NCBI GenBank assembly: GCA_964016885.1
Contig: OZ024741.1
Coordinates: 43,400,001 to 43,464,000, forward strand
Length of the DNA stretch: 64,000 nt
Direction of reading: 5' to 3'
Origin: Eledone cirrhosa
Taxonomy: Eukaryota
Below, piece after piece: positions 53,201 through 64,000 of this stretch. A program made the translations under genes and the position numbers. Positions within the stretch are counted from its first letter, which is position 1. Every line of letters starts with the position of its first letter. The notes under the pieces were generated by a model that was given only the letters and a program-made list of their open reading frames with translations, did no database searches and had not been told where the DNA came from.

Positions 53201-53672
53201 TATCCGCTAATCTCACACAGACCCAGCGTGCATCTAAGATCCCGTTCCAGTCGCCCACTAACACTAAAGAGCGGGACGTTCCAAGAAAGGTCTCCAGACG
53301 CCGGAAGAAATCAGGCCGCCCTGCTCCTGTCGGGGCATAGACGGCCACTAGCCTGAAAGCTTGCCCGTCTACGTTGGACACGTCCAGCACCACCAGCTTA
53401 CCCTCTGGGTCTAGGAAGATGGCCCGTATGGCGAGATCCAAACCTCTCCGAAAAAGCACAGCAACTCCTCCCCCCGATGCAGGACGACTGGGAGATGCGT
53501 ACACATCGTAGCCGCCGAAGATCGGTGCGAAGGCCCGTGCTTCGGAGATTCTGGTCTCGCTGATGGCCACTACATCTATGTTTATTGACGTGAGGTCGTT
53601 GAGCAGGTGACCCTGCTTCCATGACGACCCCAAGCCACGCACATTTATGCTGCCTATTCTGAGTGAGGTCAT
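50253..53672 (-). pseudogene. Copy 2 ORF2; single TAG at 51369-51371 after the RT core
   Basis: The 767-aa and 371-aa ORFs abut in the same frame. Motifs include MTSLRIGSINVRGL, SET, GDWN and YADD. Confidence 0.92.
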
Positions 53673-53707
53673 GTTTAAAATAGAGTGGAAAAGATGGGAA
53701 AGACCAC

Positions 53708-55805
53708 TTACCGTACTTTTGGTAGAGGAGGGATGGTTTTTACATCCCTTTTCACTTGATCGTCTGGTGAAGGGACCGTTGAATCGTCCCTTCGGCTGGT
53801 CGTCGGCTCTTCTAAGAGAATGTCTGAATATACTCTTCGATTGATGGTTCCTCCTAGGTCCCTGAAATCACCAACTGCGTTGGGGAATTTCGTTTTAATG
53901 TTTGTGTATTGTTTCTGTGCTATTTTTAGCAGTCTTATGTTAGTTGGCGTTTTGATTGGTGCTGGTATTATGTAGTCCTGTTGTGAAATGTCTGTGTGTT
54001 CAATTATGTAAGTCATTAGTTTCTTGTTGTGTGTGTTTATTGCCGTGCATTTGTTTTTCTGGGGGTGGGGTGTGGTCCTGCTATTTTCTTGTCGTTGTTG
54101 CTGGGTGTGTGTGTTTTGTTGTTGTGTTTGCGATGTTGGTGCTTGTGGTGGTGGTGTTGAAGGTGTTGTTGGCGGTGGGGTTGTCGCCGGTGGTGATGGT
54201 GGTGCTGGTGTGGGTGGTGATGGTGTTGGTGGTGTTGCTGCTGTGGGTCTCTTTGCAGTAGACTTTACCCTTTTCTCATTTCTTTCCTCCCTTTTCAAAG
54301 GCGACGATGCGCTGCTTCTGCGTTTGTGCCTTCTTACGACCTTTTGCCATCCCTCTCCCACCTCACACTCCATGTCTGATTCTGTGAGGTCGGGGAGGGG
54401 TACCAGCTCCACTCTTTCACTTGTTGTTGTTGGTGATGTTTGCACTGGAGTCTCTGTTGCAGCTGCATTTGGTATTGCTGTTGTTGTTGTTAATATTTCC
54501 ACTGCTGCTGCTGTTTTTGATTTCCGTGGAGTGGGTATGGGTGCCACGGGCCTATCGTTCCTGGTTGCCGCTTGTCCTGTTGCTGGTAGCCGTGGAGCCG
54601 GATTCGGAAGGAGGGGGGTTTTCTCCTTTCTCAGGGTCTTCTCGTTGCAGAAGGCCCTGAGGTGAGTCTTCGATCCACAGCGAAAGCATTTCGGGCGTTT
54701 GCCCTCAACACTTATGGGCAGTTGAGTGCCGTTATCGAAGTCTATCACATCCGGGATAGCTTCGATGCACTACTGGTTGGTTTGGATTAGCATCTCAATG
54801 GAGGAGCCGACCCAATCTTCTCTTACTTTTTTCTGTACTTGCAGTACAGTTGTTTTGTCCTCGATTCCGACGAGGACAGACGCGGCCAGCCAAGAAGGGG
54901 TCATTCCGGGGGGGGACGTGGGTCAGTTTGACCCTCACAATTTTTTGCCCGCAGTAGGAGGGCACCAACACCATTTCCTCGCTCCTTAGGGTCACTACTG
55001 ATTGGGCCTTTGCCTCCTGGGGTGTGGCAAAAAGTACGTCTACGGTGGCATATTTTTTGCCTCGGGTGATGTGCGTTTTCCGCTGCCACACAGACCCCAA
55101 GGCTTTTTGTATTTGGGCCTCTGTGGCTCTTTCTACCCTACGGGATTTTGTACTTACTGTACGGTACGTGACCGTGCAGTGCTCTTGGGTTTCGAAAAAT
55201 TTTTCCGCTGCCTTGCAGATTGCTCGGTGTTCGTTCTTTGTCACCATCTTCTTCGCTTCCTCTAATTCCTCATTTGTTATGAGGATTGTTTCCAAGTTTT
55301 TCGCAATACCTGCAAATGAGATTGGTTTTTCTCTGCTGTTGTTGTTGTCGTCAGAGCTGCTGGTACTTTTGTTGTTGCTGCAGGTACTACGACTACTGCC
55401 TCCGCCGCTGTTGCTCTGGTTGTTGTTGGTGTTGCTGCTGCTAATGCTGTTGTTGTTTATGCTGCTGGTGATGCTGTTGCGGCTGCTACTGTTGTTTTCA
55501 TTGTCACTGTTGCTGTTGTCATTACGGCTGCTACTGCTATTATTCCTGACGTCAGACGAATGAACTGGGTTTTCGTATTTCCCGCACACCTGTTTCGTCG
55601 CTGTCGTGGTCGTCGTGGAGAAACCTTGCACGCTTTGCACGAGACTTTTCTTTTCTTTCGTCACTTGCGAAAGAGAAGGGAGGGAGAGAGACACATTTAA
55701 AGAAGGGAGGGAGAGAGACAATCTTCTCTCTGCTGTAGTGATGATTGAGGAAGAAGAAGACGGAATGAGTGGGAGTGACGTATGAAATTTCTTTTTCGTA
55801 GCCAT
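53708..55805 (-). pseudogene. Copy 2 ORF1, with the same frameshift and stop as copy 1
   Basis: The 348-aa and 346-aa translations are identical to copy 1 except LPKVR versus LQKVR. Confidence 0.85.
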
Positions 55806-56021
55806 GTTGTTTTTTTGTTTAAAATGAAATTTTGGGTACAAAACCCCAATAACTGGTTATTTAACCCCGAAGGGCCAAATAACGGACAGAAAGACCCCTC
55901 TCACGAGGAGGAGGGTGTCTTTATCAACAATTTGGTTCAAGTTTTAAACAATTTACAATTGTTTTAACGGTTAAAAATTACTATACCTTACAGAGCCGAG
56001 CCTCCGTCAACCATGGCATTC

Positions 56022-56060
<39 letters not shown>

Positions 56061-56069
56061 TATAATAAT
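56022..56069. repeat. (AAT)n spacer 2 (48 nt, one TAT interruption)
   Basis: Directly visible. Confidence 0.97.
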
Positions 56070-56319
56070 GATTTCTTTATTAACAACAAGGGTTTACATA
56101 AAGTAGACATTAAGGACAGTGCAGGACAATGCAGGACGGTACAAATGGGCATTTCTGCGTGTAAAAAACAAAAACAGAGGATGTAACAAAAAATAACAAT
56201 GAAAAATTCCCCAATAGGGGGCAGGCTTCGGAGGGACATTTGTGGAGAAAGCCCAGTAAAAAGACACAATGACCCTGACCACCAAGGCAAGTGCCCTCTC
56301 CCAGTTTTCCACCTTTAAT

Positions 56320-59300
56320 TTACAGATATATACTCAGAGTAGGCCCATTCACTCGGGCCATTCTTGCTTCTCTCACCCATCTTTCAACAAAATGCTGGGA
56401 AGAGAGCACTTCCCTCTCTACTCTGATTTTCCTTTTCAAATGAAATTTGAAAAAGTCAATCAGAGCATCACCGAAGAGGTAAGTGCTCGTCTTCAGCCCT
56501 TTCAAACGTGTCCACCATACTATCTCTTTCACCATGGCCACCAGGCAGATAAAAACTGCCTGCCCTTCCCGGCTAAAGGAGGAGGGCGGGGCAATCCTCA
56601 CGATGGACTCAGATGATAGCCGGATCCGTCCTAAACGCGACAGCAGGTGTTCGACATAAACCCACAAGTCAGCAATTTTCGGACACTGGACGAGTGCGTG
56701 CAGGACCGTTTCGTCGCCCTGCGCGCATCTCGGACATGCCCGGCTGACAGCACCTCCATGCCTGTAGAGTTTATACCGAACTGGCAAGGCTCCTCGGTAG
56801 CACTGCCAAGCCAGAGATTTCTGGAAGTTGTCCATAGGCCCTGGCCCGAAAGTTCTTCCGAAGAGATTGGCTAGTTGATTTTCGTCGACGCCTAGAGTTT
56901 CCCCAAGTACGTCGTCGCTCTTCCCCTCCACTAATCCTCTATAGAACGCCGAGGTGGAGTTTCCACCGATCACATTGCCCGATTGGTCGAGGGCTGGGAG
57001 CGCCTAAAGACATTCCAGTCTCCAGGCGCTCCCTCTCGGTCTTCGCTTGACCCAGGACTGCAGCTCCGTCAAGGAAACGAGCTGGGGAAAAACGCGTCTA
57101 GCAAACGGCGACCACACCTGATCACCGTCGAGGAAGAGGTGGAGATGTCGTAGCCTGAGCGCGTGCCTGCGCATCATCAGCCACGGCATGCCCAGCCCTA
57201 CACGTAGCAGGTGTTGACAACAGATGGACCGCCTGACCATCGGAGCACGTCCCTTCCACAAAAAGCGAAAGAGCAAACGCTCCAGTGCAGTCAGGCGAGG
57301 CTTAGGACAAGGTACGACGGTTAGGCGGTAGCAGATGACAGAGGCGATGTACGCGTTAGCCACCTCCGCTCGACCTTTCAGGGATAGCTTCCTCTCCGCC
57401 CATTTCTGGGTGAGAGAAGCCACCCTGCTCGTCACCTAGTCCCAGTTTTTGTCCGTCTGGAGGTCCGGACCGAACCAGACCCCTAGCAATTTAACCGGTC
57501 CGTCCGTCCAGCGCCCGACGACGCTGTTGGACGGCATGGACCTGCCTCTCCAGGTGCCGAGCTGCAGGCCCACTGACTTTTCCTGGTTGATCATTGCTCC
57601 TGTCACCGCTTCGTATTCTCTTAGTGTAGTGCCGATCGCCTCGATGTGTTTGGCGTTCGACACCACTACGGTGACATCGTCCGCATATGCTGACACGGAT
57701 CTTCCGCATCCTAGTTCGCGCGGGACTCCCCTCAACGTCTCCAGTTTGTGCAGTAATGGCTCGAGAGTCAATACGTACAAGAGGGACGAGAGGGGACATC
57801 CTTGGCGGACCGAGCGCATGATGTTGAACGGTTCCGACAGGTGACCGTTCACTCTCACCACAGAGCAGATGTCGCTGTGCATGGCAGCGATCCAGCCTCT
57901 GAAGACGGGCCCAAAGCCAGCCGCCCTCAGGACTGCCGCTAGGTAACGATGGTCGACCCTATCGAAAGCTTTCGACTGATCTAAATTTATCAAGGACCCA
58001 CCCGTGCCAGGTTCCTTAGCTACCCTCTCTATGATGTATCGCATGAGGTGGAGGTTGTCGTGGATGGATCTGTCGGGAATGGCGCATGTCTGCGCCTCTC
58101 CCACCAGACCACCAACGACAAGCGCCAACCTCTTTGCTAGCACCTTGGCCAAAATCTTAAACTCTTTGTTTAGCAGAGTTATGGGCCGGAAATTGTCTAT
58201 GTTATCCCCCTTGTTCGGATCCTTTCTCAGCAGTGCCACCGCTCCTCGGCTCACAGAACTGGGAATTCTCCCGTTCTGTTGCCAGTTGCAGTAGACGTCC
58301 GCCAAGAGGCCTCCGAACAAGTCTGGCATCTGTACGTAAAGTTCATAGGGCAGACCATCCAAACCAGGCGATTTACCCCTTGTGCAGCCAGTCATTGCCT
58401 CCCTTACTTCAGCGGCTGTTATCGGCTTTTCGCAACACTTCGCCTCAGTGGCCGAGAGCCTCGGCAGTCCGTCGAGGTAGACACTAAAGTCCATCCCTCT
58501 ACCCGGCCCACCGCTGCCCCCGAACAGCTGAGCGAAGTGTCGCTGAAAAGCTTCACACATTTGCCCGGGATCGAGTAGCATGCGCCCGTCGTGGTCCACC
58601 AAAGACCGGATCGTGGCTTTGTTGCCACGACGCGCCTCCGCCACTCGGGCCCATTGAACGGCTTTCGTCCCCTCGTGTCTGAGAGCACGCACCCTTGCTC
58701 TGACAACGCAGCCTTCGTGCTTTGCATTGAAGAATTGGTCAAGGGCCAATTTCGCCGCAAGCACGTCGGTCGCAATGCTTTTGCTAAGCGCCTCGTCTAA
58801 TTTTCTAACTAGTTCTCCCTCTGCTCTATTTTTCTCTATTGCTAAAGCCTTACTAAACCTAATCGATTCTATTCTAATCGCTCTTTTCAGAGCAAACCAC
58901 CACTTGTTGTTGACGATGGCCCCCGTCAACGCCCGCTTAACTAGTTCGCTAATCCGGTCTCTGTAGGCCTTGCGCGCTGGTAAGGACGCGTTTAGCTTCC
59001 AGTAGCCGGGTCCTCGTCTATGAAGCCTATCTAAGTCAAGCACACAGATCACGAATTTGTGGTCCGTGTAGCTGACTATCTTGAATTGTGGACAGCCTAT
59101 GCTAGACCTATCTATTTCCCTACAAAATACTCTATCTAGATATGATCTGGATGACCCTATGCGATTTGTCCAAGTCCACATTGGCGCATTCGGGAAATCC
59201 AATCGGTACATGTCAGACAGTTCAAAACGCCTGAGCAGGTTGGTGAGGCTCTTGCACGCTCCACCCCTATCCGCTAATCTCACACAGACCCAGCGTGCAT

Positions 59301-59739
59301 CTAAGATCCCGTTCCAGTCGCCCACTAACACTAAAGAGCGGGACGTTCCAAGAAAGGTCTCCAGACGCCGGAAGAAATCAGGCCGCCCTGCTCCTGTCGG
59401 GGCATAGACGGCCACTAGCCTGAAAGCTTGCCCGTCTACGTTGGACACGTCCAGCACCACCAGCTTACCCTCTGGGTCTAGGAAGATGGCCCGTATGGCG
59501 AGATCCAAACCTCTCCGAAAAAGCACAGCAACTCCTCCCCCCGATGCAGGACGACTGGGAGATGCGTACACATCGTAGCCGCCGAAGATCGGTGCGAAGG
59601 CCCGTGCTTCGGAGATTCTGGTCTCGCTGATGGCCACTACATCTATGTTTATTGACGTGAGGTCGTTGAGCAGGTGACCCTGCTTCCATGACGACCCCAA
59701 GCCACGCACATTTATGCTGCCTATTCTGAGTGAGGTCAT
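56320..59739 (-). pseudogene. Copy 3 ORF2; TAG at 57436 (shared with copy 2) plus a private TAG at 57004
   Basis: 767-aa, 143-aa and 217-aa ORFs in one frame. Confidence 0.92.
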
Positions 59740-59774
59740 GTTTAAAATACAGTGGAAAAGATGGGAAAGACCAC

Positions 59775-61506
59775 TTACCGTACTTTTGGTAGAGGAGGGA
59801 TGGTTTTTACATCCCTTTTCACTTGATCGTCTGGTGAAGGGACCGTTGAATCGTCCCTTCGGCTGGTCGTCGGCTCTTCTAAGAGAATGTCTGAATATAC
59901 TCTTCGATTGATGGTTCCTCCTAGGTCCCTGAAATCACCAACTGCGTTGGGGAATTTCGTTTTAATGTTTGTGTATTGTTTCTGTGCTATTTTTAGCAGT
60001 CTTATGTTAGTTGGCGTTTTGATTGGTGCTGGTATTATGTAGTCCTGTTGTGAAATGTCTGTGTGTTCAATTATGTAAGTCATTAGTTTCTTGTTGTGTG
60101 TATTTATTGCCGTGCATTTGTTTTTCTGGGGATGGGGTGTGGTTCTGCTATTTTCTTGTCATTGTTGCTGGGTGTGTGTGTTTTGTTGTTGTGTTTGCGA
60201 TGTTGGTGCTTGTGGTGGTGGTGTTGAAGGTGTTGTTGGCGGTGGGGTTGTCGCCGGTGGTGATGGTGGTGCTAGTGTGGGTGGTGATGGTGTTGGTGGT
60301 GTTGCTGCTGTGGGTCTCTTTGCAGTAGACTACCCATTTCTCATTTCTTTCCTCCCTTTTCAAAGGCGACGATGCGCTGCTTCTGCGTCTGTGCCTTCTT
60401 ACGACCTTTTGCCATCTCTCTCCCACCTCACACTCCATGTCTGATTCTGTGAGGTCGGGGAGGGGTACCAGCTCCACTCTTTCACTTGTTGTTGTTGGTG
60501 ATGTTTGCACTCAATGGAGGTGCCGACCCAATGTTCTCTTATTTTTTTCTGTACTTGCAGTACAGTTGTTTTGTCCTCGAATCCGACGAGGACAGACGCG
60601 GCCAGCCAAGAAGGTGCCATCCGGGGGGGGGGGGGGGGGGGCACGTGGGTCAGTTTGACCCTCACTATTTTTTGCCCGCAGTAGGAGGGCACCAACACCA
60701 TTTCCTCGCTCCTTAGGGTCACTACGGATAGGGCCTTTGCCTCCTGGGGTGTGGCAAAAAGTACGTCTACGGTGGCATATTTTTTTCCTCGGGTGATGTG
60801 CGTTTTCCGCTGCCACACAGACCCCAAGGCTTTCTTGTATTTGAGCCTCTGTGGCTCTTTCCACCCTACGGGATTTTGTACTTACTGTACGGTACGTGAC
60901 CGTAATGTGCTGTTAGGTTTCGAAAAATTTTTCCGGTGCCTTGCAGATTGCTCGGTGTCCAGTCTTTGTCACCATCTTCTTCGCTTCCTCTAATTCCTCA
61001 TTTGTTTTGAGGATTGTTTCCAAGTTTTTCGCAATACCTGCAAATGAGATTGGTTTTTCTTTGCTGCTGTTGTTGTTGTTGTCGTCAGAGCTGCTGTTAC
61101 TTTTGTTGTTGCTGCAGGTACTACGACTACTGCTTCCGCCGCTGTTGCTGTGGTTGTTGTTGGTGTTGCTGCTGCTAATGCTGTTGTTGTTTATGCTGCT
61201 GGTGATGCTGTTGCGGCTGCTACTGTTGTTTTCATTGTCACTGTTGTTATTACGGCTGCTACTGCTATTATACCTGACGTCAGACGAATGAACTGGGTTT
61301 TCGTATTTCCCGCACACCTGTTTCGTCGCTGTCGTCGTCGTCGTGGAGAAACCTTGCACGCTTTGCACGAGACTTTTCTTTTCTTTCCTCACTTGCGAAA
61401 GAGAAGGGAGGGAGAGAGACAATCTTCTCTCTGCTGTAGTGACGATTGAGGAAAAAGAAGACGGAATGAGTGGGAGTGACCTATGCAAATTCTTTTTCGT
61501 AGCCAT
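59775..61506 (-). pseudogene. Copy 3 ORF1, diverged and disrupted, zinc knuckle deleted
   Basis: Fragments at 60913-61506, 60399-60827, 60148-60510 and 59775-60083. Confidence 0.85.
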
Positions 61507-61721
61507 GTTGTTTTTTTGTTTAAAATAAATATTGGGTACAAAACCCCAATAAGCAGTTATTTAACCCCGAAGGGCCAAATAACGGGCAGAAAGACCCCTC
61601 TCACGAGGAGGAGGGTGTTTTTGTTTACAAGTTGGTCTAAGTTTTAAACAATTTACAATTGTTATAGCGTTCAAAATTCACAGTACCTTACAGAGCCGAG
61701 CCTCCGTCAACCATAGCATTC

Positions 61722-61763
<42 letters not shown>
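61722..61763. repeat. (AAT)14 spacer 3 (42 nt, pure)
   Basis: Directly visible. Confidence 0.97.
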
Positions 61764-61764
<1 letters not shown>

Positions 61765-64000
61765 TTTTCTTTATTAACCACAAGGGTTTACATAAAGTAG
61801 ACATTAAGAACAGTACAGGACAATACAGGACAATACAGGGCGGCACAAATGGGCATTTCTGCGTGTAAAAAAAGGAAACAGAGGATGTAATAATAGAACA
61901 ATGAAAACAATTCCCCAATAGGGGAGAGACTTCCGAGGGACATTGGTGGAGAAATCCTGTTAAAAAGCCACAGTGACCCTGACCACCAGGGCAAATGCCC
62001 TCTCCAAGTTTTCCACCTTTAATTTACAGACACATACTCAGAGTAGACCCATTCACTCGGGCCATTCTTGCCTCTCTCACCCATCTTTCAACAAAATGCT
62101 GGGAAGAGAGCACTTCCCTTTCTACCCTGATTTTCCTTTTCAAATGAAATTTGAAAAAGTTAATCAGGGCATCACCGAAGAGGTAAGTGCTCGTATTCAG
62201 CTCTTTCAAATGTGTCCACCGTACTATCTCTTTTGCCATGGCCACCATACAGATAAAAACTGCCTGCTCTTCCCGGCTAAAGGAAGAGGGCGGGGCAATC
62301 CTCCCGATGGACTCAGCTGATAGCTGGATCCGTCCTACACGCGACAGCAGGTGTTCGACATAAACCCACAAGTCAGCAATGCTCAGACACTGGACGAGTG
62401 CTTGCAGGACGGTTTCGTCGCCCTGCTCGCATCTGGGACATACCCAGCTGACGGCACCTCCATACCTGTAGAGTTTATCCCGAACTGGCAAAGCTCCTCG
62501 GTAGCCAGGCCAGGGATTTCTGGAAGTTGTCCATAGGCCTGGCCCGAAAGTTCTTCCGAAGAGATTGGCTGATTGATCTTCGTCGCCGCCTAGAATTTCA
62601 CCAAGTACGTCGTCGCTCTTCAGCTCCACTAATCCTCTATATAACGCCAAGGTGGAGTTTCCACTGATCACATTGCCCAATTGGTCGAGGGCTGTGAGCA
62701 CCTGAAGACATTCCAATCTCCAGGCGCTCCCTCTCGGTTTCGCTTGACCCAGGACTGCAGCTCCGTCAAGGAAACGAGCTGGGGAAAAACGCGTCTAGCA
62801 AACGGCGACCACACCTGATCACCGTCGAGGAAGAGGTGGAGATGTCGTAGCCTGAGCACGTGTCTGCGCATCATCAGCCACGGAATGCCCAGCCCTCCAC
62901 GTAGCGGGTGTTGACAGCAGATGCACCGCCTGACCATCGGAGCGCGTCCCTTCCCAAAAAAGCGAAAGAGCAAACGATTCAGCGCAGACAGGCGGGGATT
63001 AGGACAAGGTACGACGGTCAGGCGGTATTAGATGACGGACGCGATATACGCGTTAGCCACCTCCGCTCGACCTTTCAGGGATAGCTTCCTCTCGGCCCAT
63101 TTCTGGGTGAGAGAGGCCACCCTGCTCGTCACCTCTTCCCCGTTATTGTCCGCCTGGAGTTCCGGACCGAACCAGACCCCGAGCAATTTAACTGGTCCGT
63201 CCGTCCAGCGCCTGACGTCGCTGTTGGACGGCATGCACCTGCCTCTTCAGGTGCCGAGGTGCAGGCCGACTGACTTTTCCTGGTTAATCATTGCTCATGT
63301 CACCGCTTCGTATTCTCTTTGTGTAGTGCCGATCGCCTCGATGTGTTTGGCGTTCGACACCACTACGGTGACATCGTCCGCATATGCTGACACGGACCTT
63401 CCGCATCCTAGTTTGCGCGGGACCCCCCTCAACGTCTCCAGTTCGTGCAGTAATGGCTCGAGAGTCAATACGTACAAGAGGGACGAGAGGGGACATCCTT
63501 GGCGGACCGAGCACATGATGTTGAACGGTTCCGAAAGGTGACCGTTCACTCTCACCACAGAGCAGATGCGCCGTGCATGGCAGCGATCCTTGCCTCTGAA
63601 GACGGGCCCAAAGCCAGCCGCCCTCAGGACTGCTGCTAGTTAACGATGGTCGACCCTATCGAAAGCTTTCAACTGATCTTAATTGATCAAGGACCTACCC
63701 GTGCCAGGTTCCCTAGCTACCCTCTCTACGATGTATCGCATGAGGTGGAGGTTGTCGTGGATGGATCTGTCGGGAATGGCGAATGTCTGTGCCTCTCCCA
63801 CCAGACCACCAACGACAAGCGCCAACTTCTTAGCTAGCACCTTGGCCAAACTCTTGAACTCTGTGTTTAGCAGAGTTATGGGCCTGAAATTATCTATGTT
63901 ATCCCCCTTGTTCGCCAAAGCTCCTCGGCTTACAGATCTGGGAATTCTCCCGTTCTGTTGCCAGTTGCAATAGACGTCCGCCAAGAGACCTCCGAACAAG
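61764..64000 (-). mobile_element. Tx1/L1-clade LINE, array copy 4 (3' part; more diverged and frameshifted; continues beyond the window)
   Basis: ORF2 fragments 62024-63999 include YADD and CPRCEQGDETVL, with many substitutions and indels relative to copies 1-3. Confidence 0.93.

Larger units (their letters stand above)
50003..56021 (-). mobile_element. Tx1/L1-clade LINE, array copy 2 (full length; ORF1 matches copy 1, ORF2 matches copy 3)
   Basis: Same termini as copy 1. ORF translations match copy 1 in ORF1 and copy 3 in ORF2. Confidence 0.95.
56070..61721 (-). mobile_element. Tx1/L1-clade LINE, array copy 3 (both ends intact; ~350-bp ORF1 deletion at ~60510)
   Basis: Same termini as the other copies. 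The junction gtttgcac|tcaatggagg skips the knuckle region present in copy 1. Confidence 0.95.

Noticed and set aside
43919-64000. Interpreting the array as an LTR element or a telomere
   Set aside because: There are no LTRs, integrase or protease, and no TTAGGG-type repeats in the window. Chromosomal position cannot be seen.

Overview
This is AT-rich, microsatellite-dense eukaryotic DNA. The SINE and microsatellite content suggests an Octopus-like coleoid cephalopod, which is my inference only. I found no host protein-coding exon; nearly everything recognisable is transposon-derived. (1) From 43.9 kb to the window end lies a head-to-tail array of at least four ~6-kb Tx1/L1-clade LINEs (minus strand), separated only by in-phase (AAT)n spacers of 66, 48 and 42 nt. 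Copy 2 is a recombinant of copies 1 and 3. (2) Many copies of a tRNA-derived SINE also form head-to-tail clusters with AAT-rich spacers. Their last ~24-28 nt match the Tx1 3' end, suggesting an (ATT)n-targeting LINE/SINE pair. (3) An intact 773-aa Penelope-like RT/GIY-YIG element sits between 618-bp inverted repeats and carries a hammerhead ribozyme with a complete core and an unusually long, branched stem II. (4) Two ORF-less Penelope-type foldbacks lie in (TA)n, each with decayed hammerhead motifs. (5) Other remnants include a Dong/R4-type RLE LINE in (TAA)n in the opposite polarity to Tx1, an older Tx1 at 4.8-10.6 kb, and RTE, HERO-like and hAT fragments.
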